From Escherichia coli (GTDB lineage Bacteria > Pseudomonadota > Gammaproteobacteria > Enterobacterales > Enterobacteriaceae), in the NCBI RefSeq assembly GCF_965641715.1, contig NZ_OZ282453.1: a stretch of DNA of 64,000 bases; one strand, given 5' to 3'. Made by a program: the position numbers and the translations under genes. Under the pieces are notes generated by a model. It searched no databases, had not been told where the DNA came from, and saw only the letters and a list, made by a program, of their open reading frames with translations. This document shows positions 32,775 to 46,045 of this stretch, piece after piece (the first letter of the stretch is position 1; each line of letters opens with the position of its first letter).

Positions 32775-33632
32775 ATGTTGTACCTGACGAAAATACGCAA
32801 TGCGGAAAGTGAATTTACCGAGAACGAGCAAAAAATTGCTGACTTTCTGCGGGCCAACGTGAGTGAGCTGAAATCCGTCTCTTCGCGCAAGATGGCGAAA
32901 CAGCTCGGCATCAGCCAGTCGAGTATTGTGAAGTTTGCCCAGAAGCTCGGCGCACAAGGATTTACTGAATTGCGTATGGCGTTAATAGGCGAATACAGTG
33001 CCAGCCGGGAGAAAACGAATGCCACGGCGCTGCACCTGCACAGTTCGATTACCAGTGATGATTCGCTGGAAGTGATTGCCCGCAAACTGAATCGCGAAAA
33101 AGAGCTGGCGCTGGAGCAAACCTGCGCGTTGTTCGACTACGCGCGGCTGCAAAAAATCATTGATGTCATCAGTAAAGCGCAATTTATTCAGATAACGGGC
33201 CTGGGCGGATCGGCGCTGGTGGGGCGCGATCTGTCGTTCAAACTGATGAAAATTGGCTATCGCGTGGCCTGCGAAGCCGACACGCACGTACAAGCCACCG
33301 TTTCCCAGGCGTTGAAAAAAGGCGATGTACAAATCGCTATCTCTTACAGCGGCAGTAAAAAAGAGATTGTCTTGTGCGCAGAAGCGGCACGAAAGCAGGG
33401 GGCAACGGTGATTGCCATTACTTCTCTGGCTGACTCTCCGCTGCGGCGGCTGGCGCATTTCACACTCGATACCGTTTCCGGTGAAACCGAATGGCGTAGC
33501 TCGTCGATGTCTACCCGCACGGCGCAAAATTCTGTTACCGATTTACTGTTTGTTGGTCTTGTGCAACTCAATGATGTGGAGTCATTGAAAATGATTCAGC
33601 GCAGCAGTGAGCTAACACAACGCCTGAAATGA
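32775..33632 (+). CDS. murR: RpiR-family transcriptional regulator MurR (285 aa)
   Basis: HTH plus SIS domain; divergent from murQP; start at ATG 32775. Confidence 0.88.
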   Translation: MLYLTKIRNAESEFTENEQKIADFLRANVSELKSVSSRKMAKQLGISQSSIVKFAQKLGAQGFTELRMALIGEYSASREKTNATALHLHSSITSDDSLEVIARKLNREKELALEQTCALFDYARLQKIIDVISKAQFIQITGLGGSALVGRDLSFKLMKIGYRVACEADTHVQATVSQALKKGDVQIAISYSGSKKEIVLCAEAARKQGATVIAITSLADSPLRRLAHFTLDTVSGETEWRSSSMSTRTAQNSVTDLLFVGLVQLNDVESLKMIQRSSELTQRLK

Positions 33633-33760
33633 TGCATAAAGCAGCGACTGGATTGAGATTTTCCTGAATTAGTGAGCTGATCCGCAGCAATATTTTGTTT
33701 ATCCTGTATTTTCAGAGGGAATGGAGTGTAACGCTCTGTATTAACAAGGAGAGCATTAAA

Positions 33761-34552
33761 ATGGGTAAACTCACGGGCAAGACAGCACTGATTACGGGCG
33801 CATTGCAGGGAATTGGCGAAGGAATTGCCAGAACTTTTGCACGTCATGGCGCAAACCTAATCTTGCTGGATATCTCCCCTGAGATCGAAAAGCTGGCGGA
33901 CGAACTGTGTGGTCGTGGTCATCGCTGTACGGCGGTTGTCGCCGATGTGCGTGACCCGGCGTCGGTAGCCGCAGCTATCAAACGCGCGAAGGAAAAAGAA
34001 GGGCGCATTGATATCCTGGTGAATAACGCAGGCGTTTGTCGTCTGGGCAGTTTCCTCGATATGAGCGATGACGATCGCGATTTCCATATTGATATCAATA
34101 TTAAAGGCGTATGGAACGTCACGAAGGCGGTGCTGCCGGAGATGATTGCGCGCAAAGATGGTCGCATTGTGATGATGTCTTCGGTCACTGGCGATATGGT
34201 GGCCGATCCGGGTGAAACGGCGTACGCTTTAACGAAAGCGGCGATTGTTGGCCTGACTAAATCGCTGGCGGTGGAGTACGCGCAGTCGGGGATTCGCGTT
34301 AACGCCATCTGCCCGGGATACGTCCGCACGCCAATGGCGGAAAGCATTGCCCGCCAGTCGAACCCGGAAGATCCAGAGTCGGTGCTGACTGATATGGCAA
34401 AAGCAATCCCGCTGCGTCGCCTCGCCGATCCGCTGGAAGTCGGCGAACTGGCGGCCTTCCTCGCATCGGATGAATCCAGCTATTTAACCGGTACACAGAA
34501 TGTGATTGATGGCGGCAGCACACTGCCGGAGACGGTCAGCGTCGGTATCTGA
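33761..34552 (+). CDS. ucpA: Short-chain dehydrogenase/reductase UcpA (263 aa)
   Basis: TGxxxGxG Rossmann motif, SDR translation; start at ATG 33761. Confidence 0.85.
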   Translation: MGKLTGKTALITGALQGIGEGIARTFARHGANLILLDISPEIEKLADELCGRGHRCTAVVADVRDPASVAAAIKRAKEKEGRIDILVNNAGVCRLGSFLDMSDDDRDFHIDINIKGVWNVTKAVLPEMIARKDGRIVMMSSVTGDMVADPGETAYALTKAAIVGLTKSLAVEYAQSGIRVNAICPGYVRTPMAESIARQSNPEDPESVLTDMAKAIPLRRLADPLEVGELAAFLASDESSYLTGTQNVIDGGSTLPETVSVGI

Positions 34553-34709
34553 TTCACCTCTGTTTCCTCCCTGCATGTGTGGGGAGGATTTCGTCTTATT
34601 CCCTTTTCAACTTCCAAATCACCAAACGGTATATAAAACCGTTACTCCTTTCACGTCCGTTATAAATATGATGGCTATTAGAAAGTCATTAAATTTATAA
34701 GGGTGCGCA

Positions 34710-35726
34710 ATGGCCGTTAACTTACTGAAAAAGAACTCACTCGCGCTGGTCGCTTCTCTGCTGCTGGCGGGCCATGTACAGGCAACGGAACTGCTGAACA
34801 GTTCTTATGACGTCTCCCGCGAGCTGTTTGCCGCCCTGAACCCGCCGTTTGAGCAACAATGGGCCAAAGATAACGGCGGCGACAAACTGACGATAAAACA
34901 ATCTCATGCCGGGTCATCAAAACAGGCGCTGGCAATTTTGCAGGGCTTAAAAGCCGACGTTGTCACTTATAACCAGGTGACCGACGTACAAATTCTGCAT
35001 GATAAAGGCAAGCTTATCCCGGCGGACTGGCAGTCGCGCCTGCCGAATAATAGCTCGCCGTTCTACTCCACCATGGGCTTCCTGGTGCGTAAGGGCAACC
35101 CGAAGAATATCCACGACTGGAACGACCTGGTGCGCTCCGACGTGAAACTGATTTTCCCGAACCCGAAAACGTCGGGTAACGCGCGTTATACCTATCTGGC
35201 GGCATGGGGCGCAGCGGATAAAGCTGACGGTGGCGACAAAGCCAAAACCGAACAGTTTATGACCCAGTTCCTGAAAAACGTTGAAGTGTTCGATACTGGC
35301 GGTCGTGGCGCGACCACCACTTTTGCCGAGCGCGGGCTGGGCGATGTGCTGATTAGCTTTGAATCGGAAGTGAACAACATCCGTAAACAGTATGAAGCGC
35401 AGGGCTTTGAAGTGGTGATTCCGAAAACCAACATTCTGGCGGAATTCCCGGTGGCGTGGGTTGATAAAAACGTGCAGGCCAACGGTACGGAAAAAGCAGC
35501 AAAAGCCTACCTGAACTGGCTCTACAGCCCGCAGGCGCAGACCATCATCACCGACTATTACTACCGCGTAAATAACCCGGAAGTCATGGACAAACTGAAA
35601 GATAAATTCCCGCAGACCGAACTGTTCCGCGTGGAAGACAAATTTGGCTCCTGGCCGGAAGTGATGAAAACCCACTTCACCAGCGGCGGCGAGTTAGACA
35701 AGCTGTTAGCGGCGGGGCGTAACTGA
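34710..35726 (+). CDS. cysP: Thiosulfate-binding periplasmic protein CysP (338 aa)
   Basis: Translation with signal peptide; heads cysPUWA. Confidence 0.9.
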   Translation: MAVNLLKKNSLALVASLLLAGHVQATELLNSSYDVSRELFAALNPPFEQQWAKDNGGDKLTIKQSHAGSSKQALAILQGLKADVVTYNQVTDVQILHDKGKLIPADWQSRLPNNSSPFYSTMGFLVRKGNPKNIHDWNDLVRSDVKLIFPNPKTSGNARYTYLAAWGAADKADGGDKAKTEQFMTQFLKNVEVFDTGGRGATTTFAERGLGDVLISFESEVNNIRKQYEAQGFEVVIPKTNILAEFPVAWVDKNVQANGTEKAAKAYLNWLYSPQAQTIITDYYYRVNNPEVMDKLKDKFPQTELFRVEDKFGSWPEVMKTHFTSGGELDKLLAAGRN

Positions 35727-36559
35727 TGTTTGCAGTTTCATCAAGACGCGTGCTGCCGGGCTTTACCTTAAGCCTCGGCACCAGTCTGCTGTTTGTTTGC
35801 CTGATTTTGCTGCTGCCACTCTCCGCGCTGGTGATGCAGCTGGCCCAGATGAGCTGGGCGCAGTACTGGGAGGTGATCACCAACCCGCAGGTGGTCGCAG
35901 CCTACAAAGTGACGCTGCTGTCGGCGTTTGTGGCATCGATTTTTAACGGCGTTTTCGGTCTGCTGATGGCGTGGATCTTAACTCGTTATCGCTTCCCTGG
36001 CCGCACGCTGCTTGATGCGCTGATGGATTTACCCTTTGCGCTGCCAACGGCAGTCGCCGGTTTAACGCTGGCCTCGCTCTTTTCTGTAAACGGTTTTTAC
36101 GGTGAATGGCTGGCGAAGTTTGATATCAAAGTCACCTATACCTGGCTGGGGATTGCGGTGGCGATGGCCTTTACCAGCATTCCGTTTGTGGTACGTACCG
36201 TGCAGCCGGTGCTGGAAGAGTTAGGCCCGGAATATGAAGAAGCGGCGGAAACGCTTGGTGCAACGCGCTGGCAGAGTTTCTGTAAAGTGGTGCTGCCGGA
36301 GCTTTCTCCGGCGCTGGTGGCGGGCGTGGCGCTGTCGTTTACCCGTAGTCTTGGTGAGTTTGGCGCGGTGATATTTATCGCCGGGAACATCGCCTGGAAG
36401 ACGGAAGTGACGTCGCTGATGATTTTTGTGCGCTTGCAGGAGTTTGATTACCCGGCGGCGAGCGCGATTGCTTCGGTGATCCTCGCGGCATCTCTGCTGC
36501 TGCTGTTCTCAATTAACACTCTGCAAAGTCGCTTTGGTCGGCGTGTGGTAGGTCATTAA
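35726..36559 (+). CDS. cysU: Sulfate/thiosulfate ABC transporter permease CysU (CysT)
   Basis: Translation; start overlaps cysP stop. Confidence 0.9.
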   Translation: MFAVSSRRVLPGFTLSLGTSLLFVCLILLLPLSALVMQLAQMSWAQYWEVITNPQVVAAYKVTLLSAFVASIFNGVFGLLMAWILTRYRFPGRTLLDALMDLPFALPTAVAGLTLASLFSVNGFYGEWLAKFDIKVTYTWLGIAVAMAFTSIPFVVRTVQPVLEELGPEYEEAAETLGATRWQSFCKVVLPELSPALVAGVALSFTRSLGEFGAVIFIAGNIAWKTEVTSLMIFVRLQEFDYPAASAIASVILAASLLLLFSINTLQSRFGRRVVGH

Positions 36560-37434
36560 TGGCGGAAGTTACCCAATTGAAGCGTTATGACGCGCGCCCG
36601 ATTAACTGGGGCAAATGGTTTCTGATTGGCATCGGGATGCTGGTTTCGGCGTTCATCCTGCTGGTGCCGATGATTTACATCTTCGTGCAGGCATTCAGCA
36701 AGGGGCTGATGCCGGTTTTACAGAATCTGGCCGATCCGGACATGTTGCACGCGATTTGGCTGACGGTGATGATTGCGCTGATTGCCGTACCGGTGAACCT
36801 GGTGTTCGGCATTCTGCTGGCCTGGCTGGTGACGCGCTTTAACTTCCCCGGACGCCAGTTACTGCTGACGCTACTGGACATTCCGTTTGCCGTATCGCCG
36901 GTGGTTGCCGGTCTGGTGTATCTGCTGTTCTACGGCTCTAACGGCCCGCTGGGCGGCTGGCTGGATGAACATAATCTGCAAATCATGTTCTCCTGGCCGG
37001 GAATGGTGCTGGTCACCATCTTTGTGACGTGTCCGTTTGTGGTGCGCGAGCTGGTGCCGGTGATGTTAAGCCAGGGCAGCCAGGAAGACGAAGCGGCGAT
37101 TTTGCTTGGCGCGTCTGGCTGGCAGATGTTCCGTCGCGTTACATTACCGAATATTCGCTGGGCGCTGCTTTACGGCGTGGTGCTGACCAACGCCCGCGCG
37201 ATTGGCGAGTTTGGCGCGGTGTCGGTGGTTTCCGGCTCGATTCGTGGCGAAACACTTTCGCTGCCGTTACAGATTGAATTGCTGGAGCAGGACTACAACA
37301 CCGTCGGCTCCTTTACCGCCGCCGCGCTGTTGACGCTGATGGCGATTATCACCCTGTTTTTAAAGAGTATGTTGCAGTGGCGTCTGGAGAATCAGGAAAA
37401 ACGCGCGCAGCAGGAGGAGCATCATGAGCATTGA
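36559..37434 (+). CDS. cysW: Sulfate/thiosulfate ABC transporter permease CysW
   Basis: Translation; start overlaps cysU stop. Confidence 0.9.
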   Translation: MAEVTQLKRYDARPINWGKWFLIGIGMLVSAFILLVPMIYIFVQAFSKGLMPVLQNLADPDMLHAIWLTVMIALIAVPVNLVFGILLAWLVTRFNFPGRQLLLTLLDIPFAVSPVVAGLVYLLFYGSNGPLGGWLDEHNLQIMFSWPGMVLVTIFVTCPFVVRELVPVMLSQGSQEDEAAILLGASGWQMFRRVTLPNIRWALLYGVVLTNARAIGEFGAVSVVSGSIRGETLSLPLQIELLEQDYNTVGSFTAAALLTLMAIITLFLKSMLQWRLENQEKRAQQEEHHEH

Positions 37435-38521
37435 GATTGCCAATATTAAGAAGTCTTTTGGTCGCACCCAGGTGCTGAACGATATCTCACTGGATATTCC
37501 TTCTGGTCAGATGGTCGCGTTGCTGGGGCCCTCCGGCTCCGGGAAAACCACGCTGCTGCGGATTATCGCCGGGCTGGAGCATCAAACCAGCGGGCATATC
37601 CGTTTCCACGGTACCGACGTCAGCCGCCTGCATGCGCGCGACCGTAAAGTCGGTTTCGTGTTCCAGCATTACGCGCTGTTCCGCCATATGACGGTATTCG
37701 ACAATATCGCTTTTGGCCTGACGGTGCTGCCGCGTCGCGAGCGCCCGAATGCCGCGGCGATCAAAGCGAAAGTGACAAAATTGCTGGAAATGGTCCAGCT
37801 TGCCCATCTGGCGGATCGTTATCCGGCGCAGCTTTCCGGCGGCCAGAAACAGCGTGTAGCGCTGGCGCGTGCGCTTGCTGTAGAACCGCAAATTCTGCTG
37901 CTTGATGAACCGTTTGGCGCGTTGGATGCGCAGGTGCGTAAAGAGCTGCGTCGCTGGCTGCGTCAACTCCATGAAGAACTAAAATTCACCAGCGTTTTTG
38001 TGACCCACGATCAGGAAGAAGCGACCGAAGTAGCTGATCGTGTAGTTGTGATGAGCCAGGGCAATATTGAACAGGCTGACGCGCCGGATCAGGTATGGCG
38101 CGAACCGGCGACCCGTTTTGTGCTCGAATTTATGGGCGAAGTGAACCGCCTGCAGGGAACCATTCGCGGCGGGCAGTTCCATGTTGGCGCACATCGCTGG
38201 CCGCTGGGCTACACACCTGCGTATCAGGGGCCGGTGGATCTCTTCCTGCGCCCGTGGGAAGTGGATATCAGCCGCCGTACCAGCCTCGATTCGCCGCTGC
38301 CGGTACAGGTACTGGAAGCCAGCCCGAAAGGTCACTACACCCAATTAGTGGTGCAGCCGCTGGGGTGGTACAACGAACCGCTGACGGTCGTGATGCATGG
38401 CGACGATGCCCCGCAGCGTGGCGAGCGTTTATTCGTTGGTCTGCAACATGCGCGGCTGTATAACGGCGACGAGCGTATCGAAACCCGAGATGAGGAACTT
38501 GCTCTCGCACAAAGCGCCTGA
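37424..38521 (+). CDS. cysA: Sulfate/thiosulfate ABC transporter ATP-binding protein CysA
   Basis: Walker [13 protein letters not shown] signature LSGGQKQR. Confidence 0.9.
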   Translation: MSIEIANIKKSFGRTQVLNDISLDIPSGQMVALLGPSGSGKTTLLRIIAGLEHQTSGHIRFHGTDVSRLHARDRKVGFVFQHYALFRHMTVFDNIAFGLTVLPRRERPNAAAIKAKVTKLLEMVQLAHLADRYPAQLSGGQKQRVALARALAVEPQILLLDEPFGALDAQVRKELRRWLRQLHEELKFTSVFVTHDQEEATEVADRVVVMSQGNIEQADAPDQVWREPATRFVLEFMGEVNRLQGTIRGGQFHVGAHRWPLGYTPAYQGPVDLFLRPWEVDISRRTSLDSPLPVQVLEASPKGHYTQLVVQPLGWYNEPLTVVMHGDDAPQRGERLFVGLQHARLYNGDERIETRDEELALAQSA

Positions 38522-38543
38522 TAGGTTGAGTGAATGTTAAACG

Positions 38544-38575
38544 CCCGGAGGCGCTTCCCGCGATCCGGGTTTTTT
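38544..38575 (+). terminator. Intrinsic terminator-like hairpin after cysA
   Basis: cccgga...tccggg stem followed by tttttt. Confidence 0.4.
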
Positions 38576-38595
38576 AATGGCAAGGTTTGTAACCT

Positions 38596-38631
38596 GTAGG
38601 CCTGATAAGACGCGCAAGCGTCGCATCAGGC
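38596..38631. repeat. REP element in cysA-cysM spacer
   Basis: gtaggcctgataagacgcgcaagcgtcgcatcaggc. Confidence 0.6.
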
Positions 38632-38654
38632 GACACCACGTATGGACAGAGATC

Positions 38655-39566
38655 GTGAGTACATTAGAACAAACAATAGGCAATACGCCTCTGGTGAAGT
38701 TGCAGCGAATGGGGCCGAATAACGGCAGTGAAGTGTGGTTAAAGCTGGAAGGCAATAACCCGGCCGGTTCGGTGAAAGATCGTGCCGCGCTATCGATGAT
38801 TGTTGAGGCGGAAAAGCGCGGGGAAATTAAACCGGGTGATGTGTTAATCGAAGCCACCAGTGGTAACACCGGCATTGCGCTGGCAATGATTGCCGCGCTT
38901 AAAGGCTATCGCATGAAATTGCTGATGCCCGACAACATGAGCCAGGAACGCCGTGCGGCGATGCGTGCTTATGGTGCGGAACTGATTCTTGTCACCAAAG
39001 AGCAGGGCATGGAAGGTGCGCGCGATCTGGCGCTGGAGATGGCGAATCGTGGTGAAGGAAAGCTGCTCGATCAGTTCAATAATCCCGATAACCCTTACGC
39101 CCATTACACCACTACCGGGCCGGAAATCTGGCAGCAAACTGGCGGGCGCATTACCCATTTTGTCTCCAGCATGGGAACAACCGGCACTATCACCGGTGTG
39201 TCACGCTTTATGCGCGAACAATCCAAACCGGTGACCATTGTCGGCCTGCAACCGGAAGAGGGCAGCAGCATTCCCGGCATTCGCCGCTGGCCTACGGAAT
39301 ATCTGCCGGGGATTTTCAACGCTTCGCTGGTGGATGAGGTGCTGGATATTCATCAGCGCGATGCAGAAAACACCATGCGCGAACTGGCAGTGCGGGAAGG
39401 GATTTTCTGTGGCGTCAGTTCCGGCGGCGCGGTTGCTGGAGCACTGCGGGTGGCAAAAGCTAACCCTGGTGCGGTGGTGGTAGCGATCATCTGCGATCGT
39501 GGCGATCGCTACCTTTCCACCGGGGTGTTTGGGGAAGAGCATTTTAGCCAGGGGGCGGGGATTTAA
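38655..39566 (+). CDS. cysM: Cysteine synthase B CysM (303 aa, GTG start)
   Basis: PLP-dependent cysteine synthase translation; GTG at 38655 gives VSTLEQTIGNTPLVKL. Confidence 0.88.
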   Translation: MSTLEQTIGNTPLVKLQRMGPNNGSEVWLKLEGNNPAGSVKDRAALSMIVEAEKRGEIKPGDVLIEATSGNTGIALAMIAALKGYRMKLLMPDNMSQERRAAMRAYGAELILVTKEQGMEGARDLALEMANRGEGKLLDQFNNPDNPYAHYTTTGPEIWQQTGGRITHFVSSMGTTGTITGVSRFMREQSKPVTIVGLQPEEGSSIPGIRRWPTEYLPGIFNASLVDEVLDIHQRDAENTMRELAVREGIFCGVSSGGAVAGALRVAKANPGAVVVAIICDRGDRYLSTGVFGEEHFSQGAGI

Positions 39567-39568
39567 GA

Positions 39569-40028
<460 letters not shown>

Positions 40029-40041
40029 GAGAAAAAATTAA

Positions 40042-40893
40042 ATGAGTAGTTTGTTGTTGTTTAACGATAAGAGCAGGGCACTGCAGGCGGATATCGTCGC
40101 CGTGCAGTCGCAGGTAGTGTACGGCAGCGTAGGCAACAGCATTGCCGTGCCTGCTATCAAACAGAACGGCCTGAATGTCTTTGCCGTGCCGACGGTATTG
40201 CTGAGCAATACGCCGCATTATGACACTTTCTACGGTGGTGCGATTCCGGACGAATGGTTTAGCGGCTATTTGCGTGCGCTTCAGGAGCGTGATGCGCTGC
40301 GCCAACTTCGTGCTGTAACCACGGGCTATATGGGAACGGCATCGCAAATCAAAATCCTTGCCGAGTGGCTGACTGCGCTACGCAAAGACCATCCTGACCT
40401 ATTGATCATGGTCGATCCGGTGATTGGCGATATTGACAGCGGAATTTATGTCAAACCTGACCTTCCCGAAGCGTATCGACAATATTTACTGCCGCTGGCG
40501 CAGGGAATTACCCCCAATATCTTTGAGTTGGAAATCCTGACCGGTAAAAATTGCCGCGATCTCGACAGTGCCATTGCTGCCGCAAAAAGTCTGCTTTCAG
40601 ACACATTAAAATGGGTGGTGATTACCAGCGCCTCCGGTAATGAAGAAAATCAGGAGATGCAGGTTGTGGTGGTCACTGCCGACAGCGTGAATGTCATTTC
40701 CCATTCACGGGTAAAAACCGACCTGAAAGGGACTGGCGACCTGTTTTGTGCTCAGCTCATCAGTGGCTTGCTGAAAGGGAAGGCGTTAACCGATGCAGTG
40801 CACCGAGCGGGGTTGCGCGTACTGGAAGTGATGCGCTACACCCAGCAGCATGAGAGCGATGAATTGATTTTGCCGCCGCTGGCGGAAGCATAA
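40042..40893 (+). CDS. pdxK: Pyridoxal/pyridoxine/pyridoxamine kinase PdxK (283 aa)
   Basis: Ribokinase-fold PL kinase translation; location next to crr. Confidence 0.85.
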   Translation: MSSLLLFNDKSRALQADIVAVQSQVVYGSVGNSIAVPAIKQNGLNVFAVPTVLLSNTPHYDTFYGGAIPDEWFSGYLRALQERDALRQLRAVTTGYMGTASQIKILAEWLTALRKDHPDLLIMVDPVIGDIDSGIYVKPDLPEAYRQYLLPLAQGITPNIFELEILTGKNCRDLDSAIAAAKSLLSDTLKWVVITSASGNEENQEMQVVVVTADSVNVISHSRVKTDLKGTGDLFCAQLISGLLKGKALTDAVHRAGLRVLEVMRYTQQHESDELILPPLAEA

Positions 40894-40935
40894 AAAAATG
40901 GCGCCGATGGGCGCCATTTTTCACTGCGGCAAGAA

Positions 40936-41445
40936 TTACTTCTTGATGCGGATAACCGGGGTTTCACCCACGGTTACGCTACCGGACAGTTTGATCAGTT
41001 CTTTGATTTCGTCCATGTTGGAGATAACAACCGGAGTCAGGGTAGACTTGGCTTTCTCTTCCAGCAGCGGCAGATCAAATTCAATGACAGTATCGCCAAC
41101 TTTCACGCGCTGACCTTCTTCAGCAATACGCTTGAAGCCTTCGCCTTTCAGTTCAACGGTGTCGATACCGAAGTGGACGAACAGTTCAACGCCGCTATCA
41201 GATTCGATAGAGAATGCGTGGTTGGTTTCAAAGATTTTACCAATGGTGCCGTCTACAGGCGCGACCATTTTGTTACCCGTTGGTTTGATAGCAATACCAT
41301 CACCAACGATTTTTTCCGCAAAAACGACATCCGGCACGTCTTCGATATTGACGATCTCGCCAGAGAGCGGAGCAATGATCTCAATAGTTCCGGTATCCTT
41401 CTTGTCGTCGGAAACCAGAGATTTCAGTTTATCGAACAAACCCAT
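40936..41445 (-). CDS. crr: PTS glucose-specific EIIA component Crr (169 aa)
   Basis: Translation recognised. Confidence 0.92.
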
Positions 41446-41485
41446 GATCTTCTCCTAAGCAGTAAATTGGGCCGCATCTCGTGGA

Positions 41486-43213
41486 TTAGCAGATTGTTTT
41501 TTCTTCAATGAACTTGTTAACCAGCGTCATTAACTCGTCCGTTGTCGGTTGAGCAAGAGCCTGCTCTGCTAACACCTTCGCATCTTCGAAGTTCGTGTTA
41601 CGGATAATCTTCTTAATGCGCGGGATAGAAATGGCGCTCATAGAGAATTCGTCCAGACCCATCCCCAGCAACAGAAGTGTAGCACGTTCATCGCCAGCAA
41701 GCTCACCACACATGCCAGTCCATTTGCCTTCAGCATGAGAAGCATCAATAACTTGCTTGATCAAGTTCAGCACGGACGGTGACATTGGCTGGTAAAGGTG
41801 TGAAATCATATCATTACCACGGTCAACTGCCAGAGTGTACTGCGTTAAATCATTGGTGCCGATACTAAAGAAATCAACTTCTTTGGCTAAATGACGTGCA
41901 ATTGTTGCGGCAGCCGGTGTTTCCACCATTACGCCGATTTCAATTGACTCGTCAAACGCTTTACCTTCGTCGCGCAGTTCCTGTTTGTAGATTTCGATCT
42001 CTTTGCGCAGTGCACGCACTTCTTCAACAGAGATGATCATCGGGAACATAATGCGCAATTTACCGAAAGCCGAGGCACGCAGGATAGCGCGGAGCTGATC
42101 GCGCAGGATCTCTTTACGATCCATCGCGATACGGATAGCGCGCCAGCCGAGGAACGGGTTCTCTTCTTTCGGGAAGTTCATGTATGGCAGCTCTTTGTCG
42201 CCGCCGATGTCCATGGTACGAACGATAACCGCCTGCGAGCCACACGCTTCAGCCACTGCTTTGTAAGCAGCAAACTGTTCTTCTTCAGTGGGCAGCGCGT
42301 CGCGGTCCATGAACAGGAACTCAGTACGATACAGACCAACGCCTTCAGCGCCGTTACGCTCTGCACCTTCAACGTCACGAACCGTACCAATGTTAGCGCA
42401 TACTTCTACCTGGTGACCGTCCAGCGTAATAGCTGGCAGATCTTTCAGTTTAGCAAGCTCTGCTTTTTCAGAAGCCACTTGCTCCTGAACAGCGCGCATT
42501 TTATCAATAACTTCGTTGGTTGGATTGACGTAAACCTGATTATTTACGGCATCCAGAATCAGATAGTCGTCATTTTTCACCTGAGAGGTGACGCTACCGG
42601 TACCCACGATAGCAGGCAGTTCCAGAGAACGCGCCATGATAGAGGTGTGGGAAGTACGGCCACCCGCGTCGGTGATGAAACCCAGCACCTTCTTCAGGTT
42701 CAGCTGTGCGGTTTCGGACGGCGTCAGGTCAGCGGCAACCAGAATGACTTCATCCTGAATGGCGCTCAGGTCGATAATCTTCAGGCCCAGGATGTTGCGC
42801 AGCAGGCGCTTACCGATATCACGTACGTCAGCCGCACGTTCTTTCAGGTATTCATCATCCAGCTCTTCCAGGGCAGAAGCCTGACCTTCGATAACTTCAT
42901 GAGCAGCTGCGTCAGCTGTCATGTGTTTATCTTTAATCAGGGCTATGATTTCCTGCTCCAGCTCCTCATCTTCGAGCAGCATAATATGCCCTTCAAAGAT
43001 GGCTTCTTTTTCTTCACCGAACGTTTCACCAGCTTTCGTTTTGATCGTTTCCAGCTGGGCTGATGCCTTGGCACGACCGCTCAGAAAACGTTCAACTTCC
43101 TGATCAACCTGGTCGGCAGAAATTTTTTTCCGGTCAATGACAATTTCGTCTTCTTTCAGAAGCAGAGCTTTACCGAAAGCGATACCCGGGGATGCTAAAA
43201 TGCCTGAAATCAT
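41486..43213 (-). CDS. ptsI: PTS Enzyme I (575 aa)
   Basis: Translation recognised. Confidence 0.92.
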   Translation of the reverse strand: MISGILASPGIAFGKALLLKEDEIVIDRKKISADQVDQEVERFLSGRAKASAQLETIKTKAGETFGEEKEAIFEGHIMLLEDEELEQEIIALIKDKHMTADAAAHEVIEGQASALEELDDEYLKERAADVRDIGKRLLRNILGLKIIDLSAIQDEVILVAADLTPSETAQLNLKKVLGFITDAGGRTSHTSIMARSLELPAIVGTGSVTSQVKNDDYLILDAVNNQVYVNPTNEVIDKMRAVQEQVASEKAELAKLKDLPAITLDGHQVEVCANIGTVRDVEGAERNGAEGVGLYRTEFLFMDRDALPTEEEQFAAYKAVAEACGSQAVIVRTMDIGGDKELPYMNFPKEENPFLGWRAIRIAMDRKEILRDQLRAILRASAFGKLRIMFPMIISVEEVRALRKEIEIYKQELRDEGKAFDESIEIGVMVETPAAATIARHLAKEVDFFSIGTNDLTQYTLAVDRGNDMISHLYQPMSPSVLNLIKQVIDASHAEGKWTGMCGELAGDERATLLLLGMGLDEFSMSAISIPRIKKIIRNTNFEDAKVLAEQALAQPTTDELMTLVNKFIEEKTIC

Positions 43214-43257
43214 AACCCTACCTTACTTGTGACTGATTTTTAAAAGAACCCGGGAAA

Positions 43258-43515
43258 TTACTCGAGTTCCGCCATCAGTTTAACCAGATGTTCAACCGCT
43301 TTCTGCTCGTCTTCGCCTTCTGCGGAGATAGTCACAACGGTACCTTGAGTCAGGCCCAGAGTCTGCAGTTTAAACAGGCTTTTCGCGCTGGCGCTTTTGC
43401 CGTTGGAAGTCACAGTAATTTCAGAAGTGAAGCCCTTAGCTTCTTTTACAAACTGGGCAGCAGGGCGGGTGTGCAGACCGTTCGGAGCGGTAATGGTAAC
43501 TTCTTGCTGGAACAT
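43258..43515 (-). CDS. ptsH: PTS phosphocarrier protein HPr (85 aa)
   Basis: Translation [23 protein letters not shown]... Confidence 0.92.
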
Positions 43516-43847
43516 TGTATTTCCCCAACTTATAGGTTTAGTGTTGTGGAACTAAAGTCTAGCCTGGCGGTTCGACTTTAGCCTGTATTGTTAGCGCCAG
43601 TTTTTAACAGACGCGACGCACGAAGAGCGCAATACAGTCCATTGCTGGCGGGTGTTGACCGCTGACGTTTCGTACGTCATTAAACATTATGCCGCTAAAG
43701 GAAGAATTGAACCAAATCATAAAATCGATTCAGCTTTGGCTTTTCCTGTAACGATTAATTTCGCGCATCAAAATAATTAGTCTGGTTAAATACCAGTTCC
43801 GACAGGCTGAATCAATGCCAGGAGGGGCGAAAGTTTGAAGCAGGCCA

Positions 43848-43876
43848 CAAAAAAGCACCTAAAAAGGTGCTTTTTT
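43848..43876 (-). terminator. Bidirectional intrinsic terminator-like hairpin downstream of cysK
   Basis: aaaaagcacc-taaa-aaggtgc-tttttt. Confidence 0.5.
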
Positions 43877-43898
43877 ACGCATTTTTAACAAGCTGGCA

Positions 43899-44870
43899 TT
43901 ACTGTTGCAATTCTTTCTCAGTGAAGAGATCGGCAAACAATGCGGTGCTTAAATAACGCTCACCCGATGACGGTAGAATAACCACAATATTCTTGTTGGT
44001 AAAGCTTTCATCTTCTTGTAGTTTCAACGCCGCAGCAACAGCTGCTCCAGAAGAGATACCTGCAAGAATACCTTCTTCTTCCATCAGACGACGCGCGGTA
44101 GAAATCGCTTCTTCATTGGTTATGCCAATGACTTTATCGACCAGCTTGAGATCGAGGTTAGCCGGGATAAAACCAGCGCCAATACCCTGAATTTTATGCG
44201 GGCCAGGTTTAATCTCTTCACCTGCCAGCGCCTGGGCGATAACTGGAGAATCGGTTGGCTCAACGGCGACAGAGATAAGATCGGTCTTGCCTTTGGTGCC
44301 TTTAATGTAGCGGCTGACGCCAGTCAGCGTACCGCCAGTCCCAACGCCAGCAATAAATACATCAACCTGACCGTCGGTATCTTCCCAGATCTCCGGACCG
44401 GTGGTTTTTTCGTGAATTTCAGGGTTTGCCGGATTGCTGAATTGTTGCAGCAGCAGGTATTTCTCTGGATTGCTGGCGACAATTTCTTCTGCTTTTTGGA
44501 TTGCGCCTTTCATGCCTTTAGCACCTTCGGTCAGCACCAGGTTTGCACCTAACGCTTTCAGCAGCTTGCGGCGTTCAATACTCATGGTTTCTGGCATGGT
44601 CAGGGTGAGTTTGTAACCGCGAGCGGCAGCTACATAGGCCAGTGCAATCCCGGTATTACCGCTGGTCGGTTCAACCAGTTCAACGCCTGGTTTCAGCACG
44701 CCGCGCTTTTCGGCATCCCAAATCATGTTGGCACCGATACGGCACTTAACGCTGAAGCTGGGGTTACGAGATTCCACCTTCGCCAGAATGCGTCCGTTAC
44801 CGATGCGATTCAGGCGAACCAGCGGCGTGTGACCGATAGTCAGCGAGTTATCTTCAAAAATCTTACTCAT
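43899..44870 (-). CDS. cysK: Cysteine synthase A CysK (323 aa)
   Basis: Translation recognised. Confidence 0.92.
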   Translation of the reverse strand: MSKIFEDNSLTIGHTPLVRLNRIGNGRILAKVESRNPSFSVKCRIGANMIWDAEKRGVLKPGVELVEPTSGNTGIALAYVAAARGYKLTLTMPETMSIERRKLLKALGANLVLTEGAKGMKGAIQKAEEIVASNPEKYLLLQQFSNPANPEIHEKTTGPEIWEDTDGQVDVFIAGVGTGGTLTGVSRYIKGTKGKTDLISVAVEPTDSPVIAQALAGEEIKPGPHKIQGIGAGFIPANLDLKLVDKVIGITNEEAISTARRLMEEEGILAGISSGAAVAAALKLQEDESFTNKNIVVILPSSGERYLSTALFADLFTEKELQQ

Positions 44871-45054
44871 GGCCTGTCCTTAACTGTATGAAATTGGGAT
44901 ACAACAGGTAGCATACCCGCTCAGAGAATATGCGGAAGTAAGGATTTAGCATATCTATATACAGAAGGGAAATAATGACATGCAAGATGGAATAAGGGGC
45001 GGCATAAGCCACCCCTGTTTCACACAAACGGTTTACAAAATAACCGGTAGATTG

Positions 45055-45816
45055 TTACCGCCACATCGCGTGTTTATCGCGATAGCAATCGACCCACATC
45101 GCCGTCGCGCCACAAACGGCAACGGGCATGATGAACAGATTAAGCAGCGGGATCATCGTAAACAGGCTGGTTAAAGCACCAAACTGCATATTGGTGATTT
45201 TGCGTGTGCGCAGGGCGGTGCGCATCTCTTTAAACGGCACTTTGTGGTTATCGAAGGGGTAATCGCAATACTGGATGGCTAACATCCAGGCGCTAAACAG
45301 GAACCACAGTACCGGCGCGACGGTTTGCCCAATACCAGGGATGAAGTAAAGAATTAGTAATACAATTGCGCGTGGCAGATACCAGGCAAATTTTTGCCAT
45401 TCGCGTTTCATGATTCGCGGCACATCTTTCATGATACCGAAAATCCCGGTATCTGGCGGTGTAGCGCCAGTCAATCGTGCTTCCAGTTGTTCAGCCAATA
45501 AACCGTTGAACGGAGCGGCAATCCAGTTAGCAATCGTTGAGAAGAAATAGCCAAACACTAACAGCACAGAGATGACAGCCAGAGGCCACAACAGATAGCT
45601 CAGCCATTGTAACCAGTCCGGAACATAACTCATGAGAGTCGGGATCCAGACATCGAGTTGCGTAAAGAGCCACCAGAATGCGCCCCCCATCAACAAAATA
45701 TTGACCAGCAGCGGTAAAATAACGAAACGCCGAATCCCAGGTTGCGAGACGAGCTTCCAGCCTTGCGCAAAATAGTAAAAACCGCTGCGTGGGGCAGATG
45801 TGAATGATGAAACCAT
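45055..45816 (-). CDS. cysZ: Sulfate transporter CysZ (253 aa)
   Basis: Polytopic membrane translation and synteny. Confidence 0.88.
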
Positions 45817-46045
45817 AATCAGGATGAGCTCCTTTTGACCAATCCCAGGAAAATTGTGCGTATTTTACCGGGTAATTGCGCAATGGACAGTTAGGATATG
45901 TTCGAAAAAACAGCAAAAAGCACGATTTCATCTATCTTTGTGCTGTGAAAGTTAATAGTGCACTTGCACTTGAGGTAATCGGCAAATACTCTTAGTGAGT
46001 AAATGTTTGCCGTGGTGGCAAGGTGTTAGAACAACAGAGAATATA

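Noticed and set aside
34947-35675. 242-aa ORF on the minus strand
   Set aside because: Antisense shadow ORF inside cysP; Arg/His-rich, no RBS.
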